Origin: Verrucomicrobiaceae bacterium | GTDB taxonomy: Bacteria > Verrucomicrobiota > Verrucomicrobiia > Verrucomicrobiales > Akkermansiaceae | Assembly: GCA_051252135.1 (NCBI GenBank) | Contig: JBPOGH010000015.1 | Span: 32,001-96,000, forward strand | Reading direction: 5' to 3' | Length of the DNA: 64,000 bases | Part shown: positions 62,649-64,000 of the stretch, in pieces | Layout of the letters: every line of letters starts with the position of its first letter | Position numbering within the stretch: the first letter of the stretch is position 1 | Program-made: the position numbers and the translations under genes | The notes under the pieces: generated by a model | Told to the model about the DNA's origin: nothing | The model's input: the letters and a program-made list of their open reading frames with translations, nothing else | The model's database searches: none

Positions 62649-63980
62649 ATGAACATCCGTGTCGAGAAACAGCCCAATTGCCTTGCCGCTCTAAGTGCCG
62701 AGGTTCCCTCCGAGACCGTCTCCAAAGAGCGCGACCAGATCATTAAGGCATTCATGCGCCAGGCCCGTATCCCAGGATACCGCCCGGGGAAGGCTCCTGT
62801 ATCTGTCATCGAGAAGCATCACGGTGAGGCCATCGCCCAGGAACTGGAGTCCAGACTCTTCCAAAACAGCTTCCAGCAAGCCGTCAAGGAGAACGAGGAC
62901 CTCAACATCCTCAACGTCATGCCTCCCAAGAACGTCACCCACGCGGCCGACGGTTCCTTCAGCTTCGATGCCGAGCTCGTCCTCGCTCCCTCCTTTGAAC
63001 TCCCCGAATACAAGGGCATCGAGATCGAAGTCCCCAAGCTCGATGTCACCGATGAAAACATCGACGACAGCCTCGAGCAACTCCGTCAGCGCTTTGCAGA
63101 CTACGAGGACATCGAAGGCCGCGGCGCCGAAAAGGGCGACCTCGTCATCATCGACTACACCGGCACCTCCGATGGCAAGCCCCTCGATGAGATCGCGGGC
63201 GAACAAGCCAAACCCCTCGCCTCCAATGAAGGATACTGGATTCGCATCGAGGAAGAAGCCTTCTTCCCCGGCTTCACCGATGAACTCATCGGAGCCAAGC
63301 CCGGCGATGAAAAGGAAATCAACGTCACCCTCCCCAACGACTTCCCCCTCGAGGAACTCCGCGATAAGGAAGCCGTCTTCGCCGTCAAGGTCCACACCCT
63401 CAAAACCGAAGTCCTTCCCGAACTCAATGACGAGTTCGCCGCCAAAATCGATCCCGGCAAAACCCTCGACGAGGTCAAAACCATCATCCGCGACGACCTC
63501 GAAATGCGCGCCAAGCGCCAAACCGAAGAAGCCAAGGTCAACGGCATCGTGGAAAAACTCGCCAACCTCGTCGACTTCGACCTCCCCGAGGACATCGTCA
63601 AATCCGAGACCCAAAGCCAGGCCGACTCCATGGTTCAGGAAGGCATGCAGGCCGGAATGTCCCAGGATGACATCGAGAAACGCCAGGCCGACCTCTTTGA
63701 GGCCGCCGGAGTCCGCGCCCGCAATAGCATCAAAAACAACTTCCTCCTCCAGGAAATCGCCAAGGTCGAAGAACTCAAGGTCGAGTCCAACGAAGTCCTC
63801 GAGCGCGTCACCCTCATGGCCAAGCAGGCCAAGCAGCCGGTGAAGAAATACATGAAGGAACTCCAGAAGAAGGGCCAAATCGGCAATATCCGCCAAAATA
63901 TGCTCCTCAGCAAGGCGGTTGACTTTCTTGTAGAGCACGCGACCGTCACCGAAGTTGAACCCACTTCAGAAGAAGCATAA
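62649..63980 (+). CDS. tig: Trigger factor
   Basis: IPGYRPGKAP ribosome-binding motif; FKBP-like domain FFPGFTDELIG. Confidence 0.96.
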   Translation: MNIRVEKQPNCLAALSAEVPSETVSKERDQIIKAFMRQARIPGYRPGKAPVSVIEKHHGEAIAQELESRLFQNSFQQAVKENEDLNILNVMPPKNVTHAADGSFSFDAELVLAPSFELPEYKGIEIEVPKLDVTDENIDDSLEQLRQRFADYEDIEGRGAEKGDLVIIDYTGTSDGKPLDEIAGEQAKPLASNEGYWIRIEEEAFFPGFTDELIGAKPGDEKEINVTLPNDFPLEELRDKEAVFAVKVHTLKTEVLPELNDEFAAKIDPGKTLDEVKTIIRDDLEMRAKRQTEEAKVNGIVEKLANLVDFDLPEDIVKSETQSQADSMVQEGMQAGMSQDDIEKRQADLFEAAGVRARNSIKNNFLLQEIAKVEELKVESNEVLERVTLMAKQAKQPVKKYMKELQKKGQIGNIRQNMLLSKAVDFLVEHATVTEVEPTSEEA

Positions 63981-64000
63981 ACGATGAACGATTCCATTTC

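Noticed and set aside
63984..64000. ATG after tig, possibly clpP
   Set aside because: Only five codons are visible; the identity would rest on synteny alone

Overview
Bacterial chromosomal segment. Gene content (CotH/lamin-tail proteins, DUF1559-like pseudopilin, ExbBD-TPR cluster, autotransporter-associated beta-strand repeat protein) points to a Verrucomicrobiota/PVC organism, possibly marine (inference). It is mostly housekeeping: priA, hppA, glnB, rpsT, trpEG, glgP, rpmE2, accD, birA, nadC, nth, cimA, tRNA-Arg(CCT), ftsY, cutA, xseB, dxs, kdsD, nupC, bamA, tig. The + strand is very C-rich, which produces many spurious Pro/Ser/Thr- or Gly/Val-rich shadow ORFs. The most notable items: (1) an integrase-less integron-type cassette array at ~6.3-7.9 kb, with two well-formed attC sites and four small orphan ORFs, one resembling a free EF-Tu domain II; (2) intergenic mosaics of different REP-like and short-tandem modules, each introduced by the octamer CAACCAAG; (3) a short glucan phosphorylase whose PLP-binding Lys is replaced by Thr; (4) a beta-hydroxyacid dehydrogenase-YgfZ fusion; (5) a CreBC-like pair followed by cre-tag-like repeats and two paralogous membrane proteins. 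All assignments come from reading the sequence by eye; no database searches were run.
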